A stretch of DNA of 64,000 nt. It comes from Eledone cirrhosa. Its lineage: Eukaryota. The notes below the pieces were generated by a model. It did no database searches and was not told the origin of the DNA. It worked only from the letters and a program-made list of their open reading frames with translations. Below are positions 38,901-53,900 of the stretch, piece by piece. The first letter of the stretch is position 1; the number at the start of each line of letters is the position of its first letter. The translations under genes were made by a program, and so were the position numbers. The stretch lies in assembly GCA_964016885.1 (NCBI GenBank), contig OZ024742.1:376898001-376962000 (forward strand). The letters run 5' to 3'.

Positions 38901-41900
38901 ACCAATACTGCCAATCTAGCAGCCATGGCGTCCAACCCTCTACCAATACTGCCAATCCACCACCCATGGCGTCCAACCCTCTACCTATACTGCCAATCCA
39001 CCACCCATGGCGTCCGACCCTCTACCTGTACTGCCAATCCACCACCCATGGCGTCCGACCCTCTACCGATATTCCCAATCCACCACCCATAGGGTCGAAC
39101 CCTCTACCTATACTGCCAATCCACCACCCATGGCGTCCGACCCTCTTCCTGTACTGACAATCCACCACCCATGGCGTCCCACCCTCTACCGATACTGCCA
39201 ATCCAAAACCCATGGCGTCCGACCCTCTACCTATACTGCTAATCCACCACCCATGGCGTCCGAACCTTTACCTATAATTCCAATCCACCACCCATGGCGT
39301 CCGACCCTCTTCCTGTACTGCCAATCCACCACCCATGGCGTCCCACCCTCTACGGATACTGCCAATCCAAAACCCATGGTGTCCAACCCTCCACCAATAC
39401 TGACAATCCACCACCCATGGCGTCCAACCCTCTTCCTGTACTGCCAATCCACCACCCATGGCGTCCAATGCTCTACCTATACTGCCAATCCAGCACACAT
39501 GGCGTCCAACCCTCTACCAATACTGTCAATTACCACCCATTGCGTCCAACCCTCTACCAATACTGCCAATCTACCACCCATGGCGTCGAACCCTCTACTA
39601 ATACTGCCAATCCACCACCCATGGCGTCCAACCGTCTACCAATACTGCCAATCCACCACCCATGGCGTCCAACCCTCTACCAATACTGTCAATCCACCAC
39701 CCATGGCGTCCAACCCTCTACCAATACTGCCAATCCACCACCCATGGCGTCCAACCCTCTACCAATACTGTCAATCTACCACCCATGGCATCCAACCCTC
39801 TACCTATACTGCCAATCCACCACCCAAGGCATCCAACCCTCTACCAATACTGCCAATCCACCAACCATGGCATCCAACCCTCTACAAATACTGCCAATCC
39901 ACCACCCATGGCATCCAACCCTCTACCTATACTGCCAATCTAACACCCATGGCATCCAACCCTCTACCAATACTGCCAATCCACCACCCATGGCATCCAA
40001 CCTTCTACCAATACTGCCAATCCACCATCAATGGCATCCAACCCTCTACCAATATTGCCAATCCAACACCCATGGCATCCAACCCTCTACCAATACTGCC
40101 AATCTACCACCCATGGCATCCAACCCTCTACCAATATTGCCAATCCACCACGCATGGCATCCAACCCTCTACCAATACTGCCAATCCACCACCCATGGCA
40201 TCCAACCCTCTACCAATACTGCCAATCCACCATCCATGGCATCCAACCCTCTACCAATACTGCCAATCCAACACCAATGGCATCCAACCCTCTACCAATA
40301 CTGCCAATCTACCACCCATGGCATCCAACCCTCTACCAATACTGCCAATCCTCCACGCATGGCATCCAACCCTCTACCAATACTGCCAATCCACCACCCA
40401 TGGCATCCAACCCTCTACCAATACTGCCAATCCACCACCCATGGCGGCTAACCCTCTACTTATACTGCCAATCCACCACCCATGGCGTCCGCCCCTCTAC
40501 CTGTACTGCCAATCCACCACCAATGGCGTCCGACCCTCTACCGATATTCCCAATCCACCACCCATGGGGTCGAACCCTCTACCAATACTGCCAATCTACC
40601 ACCCATGGCATCCAACCCTCTACCAATATTGCCAATCCACCACGCATGGCATCCAACCCTCTACTAATACTGCCAATCCACCACCCATGGCATCCAACCC
40701 TCTACCAATACTGCCAATCCACCACCCATGGCGTCCGACCCTCTTCCTGTACTGCCAATCCACCACCCATGGCGTCCAACCCTCTACCAATATTATCAAT
40801 CCACCACCCATGGCGTCCAACCCTCTACCAATACTGCGAATCCATCCCCCAGGGCGTCCGAACCTCTACCAATACTGCCAATCCATCACCCATGGCATCC
40901 AACCCTCTACCAATACTGCCATTCCACCTCCCAAAGCATCCAACCCTCTACCGATACTGCCAATCCACCACCCATAGCGTCCAACCCTCTACCAATACTG
41001 CCAATCCACCACCCATGGCATCCAACCCTCTACCTATACTGCCAATCCAACACCCATGGCGTCCAACCCTCTACCAATACTGCCAATCCACCACCCATGG
41101 CATCTAAACCTCTACCAATACTGCCAATCCAACACCCATGGCGTCCAACCCTCTACCAATACTGCCAATCCACCACCCATGGCATCCAAACCTCTACCAA
41201 TACTGCCAATCCACCACCCATGGCATCCAACCCTCTACAAATATTGCCAATCCACCAACCATGGCATCCAACCCTCTACAAATACTGCCAATCCACCACC
41301 CATGGCATCCAACCCTCTACCTATACTGCCAATCTAACACCCATGGCATCCAACCCTCTACTAATACTGCCAATCCACCACCCATGGCATCCAACCCTCT
41401 ACCAATACTGCCAATCTACCATCCATGGCATCCAACCCTCTACCAATACTGCCAATCTACCACCCATGGCATCCAACACTCTAACAATTTTGCCAATCCA
41501 CCACGCATGGCATCCAACCCTCTACCAATACTGCCAATCCACCACCCATGGCATCCAACCCTCTACAAATACTGCCAATCCACCACCCATGGATCCAACC
41601 CTCTACCTATACTGCCAATCTAACACCCATGGCATCCAACCCTCTACACATACTGTCAATCCACCACCCATGGCATCCAACCCTCTACCAATACTGCCAA
41701 TCTACCACCCATGGCATCCAACACTCTAACAATTTTGCCAATTCACCACGCATGGCATCCAACCCTCTACCAATACTGCCAATCCACCACCCATGGCATC
41801 CAACCCTCTACAAATACTGCCAATCCACCACCCATGGCATCCAACCCTCTACCAATACTGCCAATCCACCAACCATGGCATCCAACCCTCTACAAATACT

Positions 41901-44900
41901 GCCAATCCACCACCCATGGCATCCAACCCTCTACCTATACTGCCAATCTAACACCCATGGCATCCAACCCTCTACACATACTGCCATTCCACCACCCATG
42001 GCATCCAACCCTCTACCAATACTGCCAATCTACCATCCATGGCATCCAACCCTCTACCAATACTGCCAATCCAACACCCATGGCATCCAACCCTCTACCA
42101 ATACTGCCAATCCACCACCCATGGCGGCTAACCCTCTACTTATACTGCCAATCCACCACCCATGGCGTCCGCCCCTCTACCTGTACTGCCAATCCACCAC
42201 CAATGGCGTCCGACCCTCTACCGATATTCCCAATCCACCACCCATGGGGTCGAACCCGCTACCTATACTGCCAATCCACCACCCATGGCGTCCAACCCTC
42301 TACCAATACTGCCAATCCACCATCAATGGCATCCAACCCTCTACCAATACTGCCAATCCACCACCCATGGCGTCCGACCCTCTACCAATACTGCCAATCC
42401 ACCATCAATGGCATCCAACCCTCTACCAATATTGCCAATCCAACACCCATGGATATCCAACCCTCTACCAATACTGCCAATCTACCACCCATGGCATCCA
42501 ACCCTCTACCAATACTGCCAATCCACCACCCATGGCATCCAACCCTCTACCAATACTGCCAATCCACCACCCATGGCGCCCGACCCTCTACCGGTATTCC
42601 CAATCCACTACCCATGCGGTCTAACCCTCTACCTATACTGCCAATCGACCACCCATGGCGTCCGACCCTCTTCCTGTACTGCCAATCCACCACCCATGGC
42701 GTCCAACCCTCTACCAATATTCTCAATCCACCACCCATGGCGCCCAACCCTCTACCAATACTGCGAATCCACCCCCCAGGGCGTCCGAACCTCTACCAAT
42801 ACTGCCAATCCACCACCCATGGCATCCAACCCTCTACCAATACTGCCAATCCACCACCCAAAGCGTCCAACCCTCTACCGATACTGCCAATCCACCACCC
42901 ATAGCGTCCAACCCTCTACCAATAGTGCCAATCCATCACCCATGGCATCCAACCCTCTACCAATACTGCCATTCCACCACCCAAAGCATCCAACTCTCAA
43001 CCGATACTGCCAATCCACCACCCATAGCGTCCAACCCTCTACCAATACTGCCAATCCACCACCCATGGCATCCAACCCTCTACCTATACTGCCAATCCAA
43101 CACCCATGGCGTCCAACCCTCTACCAATACTGCCAATCCACCACCCATGGCATCCAAACCTCTACCAATACTGCCAATCCAACACCCATGGCGTCCAACC
43201 CTCTACCAATACTGCCAATCCACCACCCATGGCATCCAAACCTCTACCAATACTGCCAATCCACCACCCATGGCATCCAACCCTCTACAAATACTGCCAA
43301 TCCACCAACCATGGCATCCAACCCTCTACAAATACTGCCAATCCACCACCCATGGCATCCAACCCTCTACCTATACTGCCAATCTAACACCCATGGCATC
43401 CAACCCTCTACACATACTGTCAATCCACCACCCATGGCATCCAACCCTCTACCAATACTGCCAATCTACCATCCATGGCATCCAACCCTCTACCAATACT
43501 GCCAATCTACCACCCATGGCATCCAACACTCTAACAATTTTGCCAATCCACCACGCATGGCATCCAACCCTCTACCAATACTGCCAATCCACCACCCATG
43601 GCATCCAACCCTCTACAAATACTGCCAATCCACCACCCATGGCATCCAACCCTCTACCTATACTGCCAATCTAACACCCATGGCATCCAACCCTCTACCA
43701 ATACTGCCAATCCACCACCCATGGCATCCAACCCTCTACCAATACTGCCAATCCACCATCAATGGCATCCAACCCTCTACCAATATTGCCAATCCAACAC
43801 CCATGGCATCCAACCCTCTACCAATACTGCCAATCTACCACCCATGGCATCCAACCTCTACCAATATTGCCAATCCACCACGCATGGCATCCAACCCTCT
43901 ACCAATACTGCCAATCCACCACCCATGGCATCCAACCCTCTACCAATACTGCCAATCTAGCAGCCATGGCGTCCAACCCTCTACCAATACTGCCAATCCA
44001 CCACCCATGGCGTCCAACCCTCTACCAATACTGCCAGTCCACCACCCATAGCGTCCAACCCTCTACCAATACTGCCAATACACCACCCATGGCATCCAAC
44101 CCTCTACCAATACTGCCAATCCACCACCCATGGCGTCCAAACCTCTACCAATACTGCCAGTCCACCACCCATAGCGTCCAACCCTCAACCAATACTGCCA
44201 ATGCAACACCCATGGCATCCAACCCTCTACCAATACTGCCAATCCACCACCAATGGCATCCAAACCTCTACCAATACTGCCAATCTACCACCCATGGCAT
44301 CCAACCCTCTACCAATACTGCCAATCTACCACCCATGGCATCCAACCCTCTACCAATACTGCCAATCCAACACCCATGGCATCCAACCCTCTACCAATAC
44401 TGCCAATCTACCACCCATGGCATCCAACCCTCTACCAATACTGCCAATCCTCCACGCATGGCATCCAACCCTCTACCAATACTGCCAATCCACCACCCAT
44501 GGCATCCAACCCTCTACCATTACTGCCAACCCACCACCCATGGCGTCTAACCCTCTACCTATAATGCCAATCCACCACCCATGGCGTCCGCCTCTCTACC
44601 TGTACTGCCAATCCACCACCCATGGCGTCCGACCCTCTACCGATATTCCCAATCCACCACCCATGGGGTCGAACCCTCTACCTATACTGCCAATCCACCA
44701 CCCATGGCGTCCGACCCTCTTCCTGTACTGCCAATCCACCACCCATGGCGTCCCACCCTCTACCGATACTGCCAATCCCAAACCCATGGCGTACGACCCT
44801 CTACCTATACTGCTAATCCACCACCCCTGGCGTCCGAACCTTTACCTATAATTCCAATCCACCACACATGGTGTCCAACCCTCCACCAATACTGACAATC

Positions 44901-47900
44901 CACCACCCATGGCGTCCAACCCTCTACCGATACTGCCAATCCACCACCCATGGCGTCCGACCCTCTACAAATACTGCCAATCCACCTCCCATGGCGTCGA
45001 ACCCTCTACTAATACTGCCAATCCACCACCCATGGCATCCAACCCTCTACCAATACTGCCAATCCACCACCCATGGCGCCCGACCCTCTACCGGTATTCC
45101 CAATCCACCACCCATGGGGTCGAACCCTCTACCTATACTGCCAATCCACCACCCATGGCGTCCAATCCTCTACCTATACTGCCAATCCAGCACACATGGC
45201 GTCCATCCCTCTACCAATACTGTCAATCCACCACCCATGGCGTCCAACCCTCTACCAATACTGCGAATCCACCCCCCAGGGCGTCCGAACCTCTACCAAT
45301 ACTGCCAATCCATCACCCATGGCATCCAACCCTCTACCAATACTGCCAATCCACCACCCACAGCATCCAACCCTCTACCGATACTGCCAATCCACCACCC
45401 ATAGCGGCCAACCCTCTACCAATACTGCCAATCCACCACCCATGGCATCCAACCCTCTACCTATACTTCCAATCCACCACCCATGGCATCCAAACCTCTA
45501 CCAATACTGCCAATCCACCACCCATGGCATCCAACCCTCTACCTATACTGCCAATCCAACACCCATGGCATCCAACCCTCTACCAATACTGCCAATCCAC
45601 CATACATGGCATCCAACCCTCTACCTATACTTCCAATCCACCACCCATGGCATCCAACCCTCTACCTATACTTCCAATCCACCACCCATGGCATCCAACC
45701 CTCTACCAATACTGCCAATCCAACACCCATGGCGTCCAACCCTCTACCAATACTGCCAATCCACCACCCATGGCATCCAAACCTCTACCAATACTGCCAA
45801 TCCACCACACATGGCATCCAACCCTCTACATATACTGCCAATCCACCAACCATGGCATCCAACCCTCTACACATACTGCCATTCCACCACCCATGGCATC
45901 CAACCCTCTACCAATACTGCCAATCTACCATCCATGGCATCCAACCCTCTACCAATACTGCCAATCCAACACCCATGGCATCCAACCCTCTACCAATACT
46001 TCCAATCCACCACCCATGGCATCCAAACCTCTACCAATACTGCCAATCTACCACCCATGGCATCCAACCCTCTACCAATTCTGCCAATCTACCACCCATG
46101 GCATCCAACCCTCTACCAATACTGCCAATCCAACACCCATGGCATCCAACCCTCTACCAATACTGCCAATCCTACACGCATGGCATCCAACCCTCTACCA
46201 ATACTGCCAATCCACCACCCATGGCATCCAACCCTCTACCATTACTGCCAATCCACCACCCATGGCGTCTAACCCTCTACCTATACTGCCAATCCACCAC
46301 CCATGGCGTCCGCCCCTCTACCTGTACTGCCAATCCACCACCCATGGCGTCCGACCCTCTACCGATATTCCCAATCCACCACCCATGGGGTCCAACCCTC
46401 TACCTATACTGCCAATCCACCACCCATGGCGTCCCACCCTCTACCGATACTGCCAATCCAAAACCGATGGCGTACGACCCTCTACCTATACTGCCAATCC
46501 ACCACCCATGGCGTCCGACCCTCTACCGATATTCCCAATCCACCACCCATGGCGTCCCACCCTCTACCGATACTGCCAATCCAAAACCCATGGCGTACGA
46601 CCCTCTACCTATACTGCTAATCCACCACCCCTGGCGTCCGAACCTTTACCTATAATTCCAATCCACCACACATGGTGTCCAACCCTCCACCAATACTGAC
46701 AATCCACCACCCATGGCGTCCAACACTCTACCGATACTGCCTATCCACCATCCATGGCATCCAACCCTCTACCAATACTGCCAATCCACCATCCATGGCA
46801 TCCAACCCTCCACCAATACTGCCAATCCACCACCCATGGCATCCAACCCTCTACCAATACTGCCAATCCACCACCCATGGCGCCCGACCCTCTACCGGTA
46901 TTCCCAATCCACCACCCATGGGGTCGAACCCTCTACCTATACTGCCAATCCACCACCCATGGCGTCCGACCCTCTTCCTGTACTGCCAATCCACCACCCA
47001 TGGCGTCCAATCCTCTACCTATACTGCCAATCCAGCACACATGGCGTCCATCCCTCTACCAATACTGTCAATCCACCACCCATGGTGTCCAACCCTGTAC
47101 CAATACTGCTAATCCACCCCCAGGGCGTCCGAACCTCTACCAATACTGCCAATCCATCACCCATGGCATCCAACCCTCTACCAATACTGCCAATCCACCA
47201 CCCAAAGCATCCAACCCTCTACCGATACTGCCAATCCACCACCCATAGCGTCCAACCCTCTACCAATACTGCCAATCCACCACCCAAAGCATCCAACCCT
47301 CTACCGATACTGCCAATCCACCACCCATAGCATCCAACCCTCTACCAATACTGCCAATCCACCACCCATGGCATCCAACCCTCTACCTATACTTCCAATG
47401 CACCACCCATGGCATCCAAACCTCTACCAATACTGCCAATCCAACACCCATGGCGTCCAACCCTCTACCAATACTGCCAATCCACCACCCATGGCATACA
47501 AACCTCTACCAATACTGCCAATCCACCACCCATGGCATCCAACCCTCTACAAATACTGCCAATCCACCAACCATGGCATCCAACCCTCTACAAATACTGC
47601 CAATCCACCACCCATGGCATCCAACCCTCTACCTATACTGCCAATCTAACACCCATGGCATCCAACCCTCTACACATACTGCCAATCCACCACCCATGGC
47701 GTCCAATCCTCTACCTATACTGCCAATCCAGCACACATGGCGTCCATCCCTCTACCAATACTGTCAATCCACCACCCATGGCGTCCAACCCTCTACCAAT
47801 ACTGCGAATCCACCCCCCAGGGCGTCCGAAACTCTACCAATACTGCCAATCCATCACCCATGGCATCCAACCCTCTACCAATACTGCCAATCCACCACCC

Positions 47901-50900
47901 ACAGCATCCAACCCTCTACCGATACTGCCAATCCACCACCCATAGCGGCCAACCCTCTACCAATACTGCCAATCCACCACCCATGGCATCCAACCCTCTA
48001 CCTATACTTCCAATCCACCACCCATGGCATCCAAACCTCTACCAATACTGCCAATCCACCACCCATGGCATCCAACCCTCTACCTATACTGCCAATCCAA
48101 CACCCATGGCATCCAACCCTCTACCAATACTGCCAATCCACCATACATGGCATCCAACCCTCTACCTATACTTCCAATCCACCACCCATGGCATCCAACC
48201 CTCTACCTATACTTCCAATCCACCACCCATGGCATCCAACCCTCTACCAATACTGCCAATCCAACACCCATGGCGTCCAACCCTCTACCAATACTGCCAA
48301 TCCACCACCCATGGCATCCAAACCTCTACCAATACTGCCAATCCACCACACATGGCATCCAACCCTCTACATATACTGCCAATCCACCAACCATGGCATC
48401 CAACCCTCTACACATACTGCCATTCCACCACCCATGGCATCCAACCCTCTACCAATACTGCCAATCTACCATCCATGGCATCCAACCCTCTACCAATACT
48501 GCCAATCCAACACCCATGGCATCCAACCCTCTACCAATACTTCCAATCCACCACCCATGGCATCCAAACCTCTACCAATACTGCCAATCTACCACCCATG
48601 GCATCCAACCCTCTACCAATTCTGCCAATCTACCACCCATGGCATCCAACCCTCTACCAATACTGCCAATCCAACACCCATGGCATCCAACCCTCTACCA
48701 ATACTGCCAATCCTACACGCATGGCATCCAACCCTCTACCAATACTGCCAATCCACCACCCATGGCATCCAACCCTCTACCATTACTGCCAATCCACCAC
48801 CCATGGCGTCTAACCCTCTACCTATACTGCCAATCCACCACCCATGGCGTCCGCCCCTCTACCTGTACTGCCAATCCACCACCCATGGCGTCCGACCCTC
48901 TACCGATATTCCCAATCCACCACCCATGGGGTCCAACCCTCTACCTATACTGCCAATCCACCACCCATGGCGTCCCACCCTCTACCGATACTGCCAATCC
49001 AAAACCGATGGCGTACGACCCTCTACCTATACTGCCAATCCACCACCCATGGCGTCCGACCCTCTACCGATATTCCCAATCCACCACCCATGGCGTCCCA
49101 CCCTCTACCGATACTGCCAATCCAAAACCCATGGCGTACGACCCTCTACCTATACTGCTAATCCACCACCCCTGGCGTCCGAACCTTTACCTATAATTCC
49201 AATCCACCACACATGGTGTCCAACCCTCCACCAATACTGACAATCCACCACCCATGGCGTCCAACACTCTACCGATACTGCCTATCCACCATCCATGGCA
49301 TCCAACCCTCTACCAATACTGCCAATCCACCATCCATGGCATCCAACCCTCCACCAATACTGCCAATCCACCACCCATGGCATCCAACCCTCTACCAATA
49401 CTGCCAATCCACCACCCATGGCGCCCGACCCTCTACCGGTATTCCCAATCCACCACCCATGGGGTCGAACCCTCTACCTATACTGCCAATCCACCACCCA
49501 TGGCGTCCGACCCTCTTCCTGTACTGCCAATCCACCACCCATGGCGTCCAATCCTCTACCTATACTGCCAATCCAGCACACATGGCGTCCATCCCTCTAC
49601 CAATACTGTCAATCCACCACCCATGGCGTCCAACCCTGTACCAATACTGCTAATCCACCCCCAGGGCGTCCGAACCTCTACCAATACTGCCAATCCATCA
49701 CCCATGGCATCCAACCCTCTACCAATACTGCCAATCCACCACCCAAAGCATCCAACCCTCTACCGATACTGCCAATCCACCACCCATAGCGTCCAACCCT
49801 CTACCAATACTGCCAATCCACCACCCAAAGCATCCAACCCTCTACCGATACTGCCAATCCACCACCCATAGCATCCAACCCTCAACCAATACTGCCAATC
49901 CACCACCCATGGCATCCAACCCTCTACCTATACTTCCAATGCACCACCCATGGCATCCAAACCTCTACCAATACTGCCAATCCAACACCCATGGCGTCCA
50001 ACCCTCTACCAATACTGCCAATCCACCACCCATGGCATACAAACCTCTACCAATACTGCCAATCCACCACCCATGGCATCCAACCCTCTACAAATACTGC
50101 CAATCCACCAACCATGGCATCCAACCCTCTACAAATACTGCCAATCCACCACCCATGGCATCCAACCCTCTACCTATACTGCCAATCTAACACCCATGGC
50201 ATCCAACCCTCTACACATACTGCCATTCCACCACCCATGGCATCCAACCCTCTACCAATACTGCCAATCTACCATCCATGGCATCCAACCCTCTACCAAT
50301 ACTGCCAATCCAACACCCATGGCATCCAACCCTCTACCAATACTGCCAATCTACCACCCATGGCATCCAACACTCTAACAATTTTGCCAATCCACCACGC
50401 ATGGCATCCAACCCTCTACCAATACTGCCAATCCACCACCCATGGCATCCAACCCTCTACAATATTGCCAATCTAGCAGTCATGGCGTCCAACCCTCTAC
50501 CAATACTGCCAATCCACCACCCATGGCGTCCAACCCTCTACCTATACTGCCAATCCACCACCGATGGCGTCCGACCCTCTTCCTGTACTGCCAATCCACC
50601 ACCCATGGCGTCCCACCCTCTACCGATACTGCCAATCCAAAACCCATGGTGTCCAACCCTCCACCAATACTGACAATCCACCACCCATGGCATCCAACCC
50701 TCTTCCTGTACTGCCAATCCACCACCCATGGCGTCCAATGCTCTACCTATACTGCCAATCCAGCACACATGGCGTCCAACCCTCTACCAATACTGTCAAC
50801 TACCACCCATTGCGTCCAACCCTCTACCAATACTGCCAATCCACCACCCATGGCATCCAACCCTCTACCAATACTGCCAATCCACCACCCATGGCATCCA

Positions 50901-53900
50901 ACCCTCTACCAATACTGCCAATCCACCACCCATGGCGTCCAACCCTCTACCTATACTGCCAATCCACCACCCATGGCGTCCGACCCTCTAGCTGTACTGC
51001 CAATCCACCACCCATGGCGTCCGACCCTCTACCGATATTCCCAATCCACCACCCATGGGATCGAACCCTCTACCTATGCTGCCAATCCACTACCCATGGC
51101 GTCCCACCCTCTACCGATACTGCCAATCCAAAACCCATGGCGTCCGAACCTTTACCTATAATTCCAATCCACCACACATGGTTTCCAACCCTCCACCAAT
51201 ACTGCCAATCCACCAGCCATGGCGTCCAACCCTCTACCAATACTGCCAATCCACCACCCATTGCGTCCGACCCTCTACCAATACAGCCAATCCACCACCC
51301 ATGGCGTCGAACCCTCTACTAATACTGCCAATCCACCACCCATGGCATCCAACCCTCTACCAATACTGCCAATCCACCACCCTTGGCGCCCAACCCTCTA
51401 CCGGTATTCCCAATCCACCACCCATGGGGTCGAACCCTCTACCTATACTGCCAATCCACCACCCATGGCGTCCGACCCTCTTCCTGTACTGCCAATCCAG
51501 CACACATGGCGTCCAACCCTCTACCAATACTGTCAATTACCACCCACTGCGTCCAACCCTCTACCAATACTGCCAATCTACCACCCATGGCGTCGAACCC
51601 TCTACTAATACTGCCAATCCACCACCCATGGCGTCCAACCGTCTATCAATACTGCCAATCCACCACCCATGGCGTCCAACCCTCTACCAATACTGTCAAT
51701 CCACCACCCATGGCGTCCAACCCTCTACCAATACTGCGAATCCACCCCCCAGGGCGTCCGAACCTCTACCAATACTGCCAATCCATCACCCATGGCATCC
51801 AACCCTCTACCAATACTGACAATCCACCCCCCAAAGCATCCAACACTCTACCGATACTGCCAATCCACCACCCATAGCGTCCAACCCTCTACCAATACTG
51901 CCAATCCACCACCCATGTCATCCAACCCTCTACCTATACTGCCAATCCACCACCCATGGCATCCAAACCTCTACCAATACTGCCAATCCAACACCCATGG
52001 CATCCAACCCTCTACCAATACTGCCAATCCACCACCCATGGCATCCAAACCTCTACCAATACTGCCAATCTACCACCATTGGCATCCAACCCTCTACCAA
52101 TACTGCCAATCCACCATCCATGGCATCCAACCCTCTACCAATACTGCCAATCCAACACCCATGGCATCCAAACCTCTACCAATACTGCCAATCTACCAGC
52201 CATGGCATCCAACCCTCTACCAATACTGCCAATCCACCACCCATGGCGTCCAACCCTCTACCAATACTGTCAATCCACCACCCATGGCATCCAACCCTCT
52301 ACCTATACTGACAATCCACCACCCATGGCATCCAACCCTCTACCAATACTGCCAATCCACCTACCATGGCATCCAACCAGCTACAAATACTGCCAATCCA
52401 ACACCCATGGCATCCAACCCTCTACCAATACTGCCAATCTACCACCCATGGCATCCAACACTCTACCAATATTGCCAATCCACCACCCATGGCATCCAAC
52501 CCTCTACCAATACTGCCAATCCACCACCCATGGCATCCAACCCTCTACCAATACTGCCAATCTAGCAGCCATGGCGTCCAACCCTCTACCAATACTGCCA
52601 ATCCACTATCCATGGCGTCCAACCCTCTACCAATACTGCCAATCCACCACCCATGGCGTCAAACCCTCTACCTATACTGCCAATCCACCACACATGGCGT
52701 CCAACCCTCTACCTATACTGCCAATCTAACACCCATGGCATCCAACCCTCTACCAATACTGCCAATCCACCACCCATATCGTCATAACCCTCTACCAATA
52801 CTGCGAATCCAGCACCCATGGCGTCCAACCCTCTACCAATACTGCCAATCCACCACCCATGGCATCCAACCCTCAACCAATACTGCGAGTCCAGCACCCA
52901 TGGCGTCCAACCCTCTACCTATACTGCCAATCCACCACCCATGGCTTCCAACCCTCTACCAATACTGCCAATCCAGCACCCATGGCGTCCAACCCTCTAC
53001 CTATACTGCCAATACACCACCCATGGCATCCAACCCTCTACCAATACTGCCAATCCACCAACCATGGCATCCAACCCTCTACCAATACTGCCAATCTAAC
53101 ACCCATGGCGTCCAACCCTCTACCTATACTGCCAATCTACCAGCCATGGCGTCCAACCCTCTACCAATACTGCCAATCCACCACCCATATCGTCCTAACC
53201 CTCTACCAATACTGCGAATCAAGCACCCATGGCGTCCAACCCTCTACCAATACTGCCAATCCACCACCAATGGCGTCCAACCCTCTACCAATACTGCCAA
53301 TCCACCACCCATGGCATCCAACCCTCTACCAATACTGCCAATCCACCACCCATGGCGTCCAACCCACTACCTATACTGCCAATCCAGCACCCATGGCGTC
53401 CAACCCTCTACCAATACTGCCAATCCACCACCCATGGCGTCCAACCCTCTACCAATACTGTCAATCCACCACCCATGGCATCCAACCCTCCACCTATACT
53501 GACAATCCAACACCCATGGCATCCAACCCTCTACCAATAGCGCGAATCCACCAACCATGGCACCCAACCCTCTACAAATACTGCCAATCCACCACCCATG
53601 GCATCCAACCCTCTACCTGTACTGCCAATCTAACACCCATGGCATCCAACCCTCTACCAATACTGCCAATCCACCATCCATGGCATCCAACCCTCTACCA
53701 ATATGGCAATCCAACACCCATGGCATCCAACCCTCTACCAATATTGCCAATCCACCACGCATGGCATCCAACCCTCTACCAATACTGCGAATCCACCACC
53801 CATGGCATCCAACCCTCTACCAATACTGCCAATCTAGCAGCCATGGCGTCCAACCCTCTACCAATACTGCCAATCCACCACCCATGGCGTCCAAACCTCT

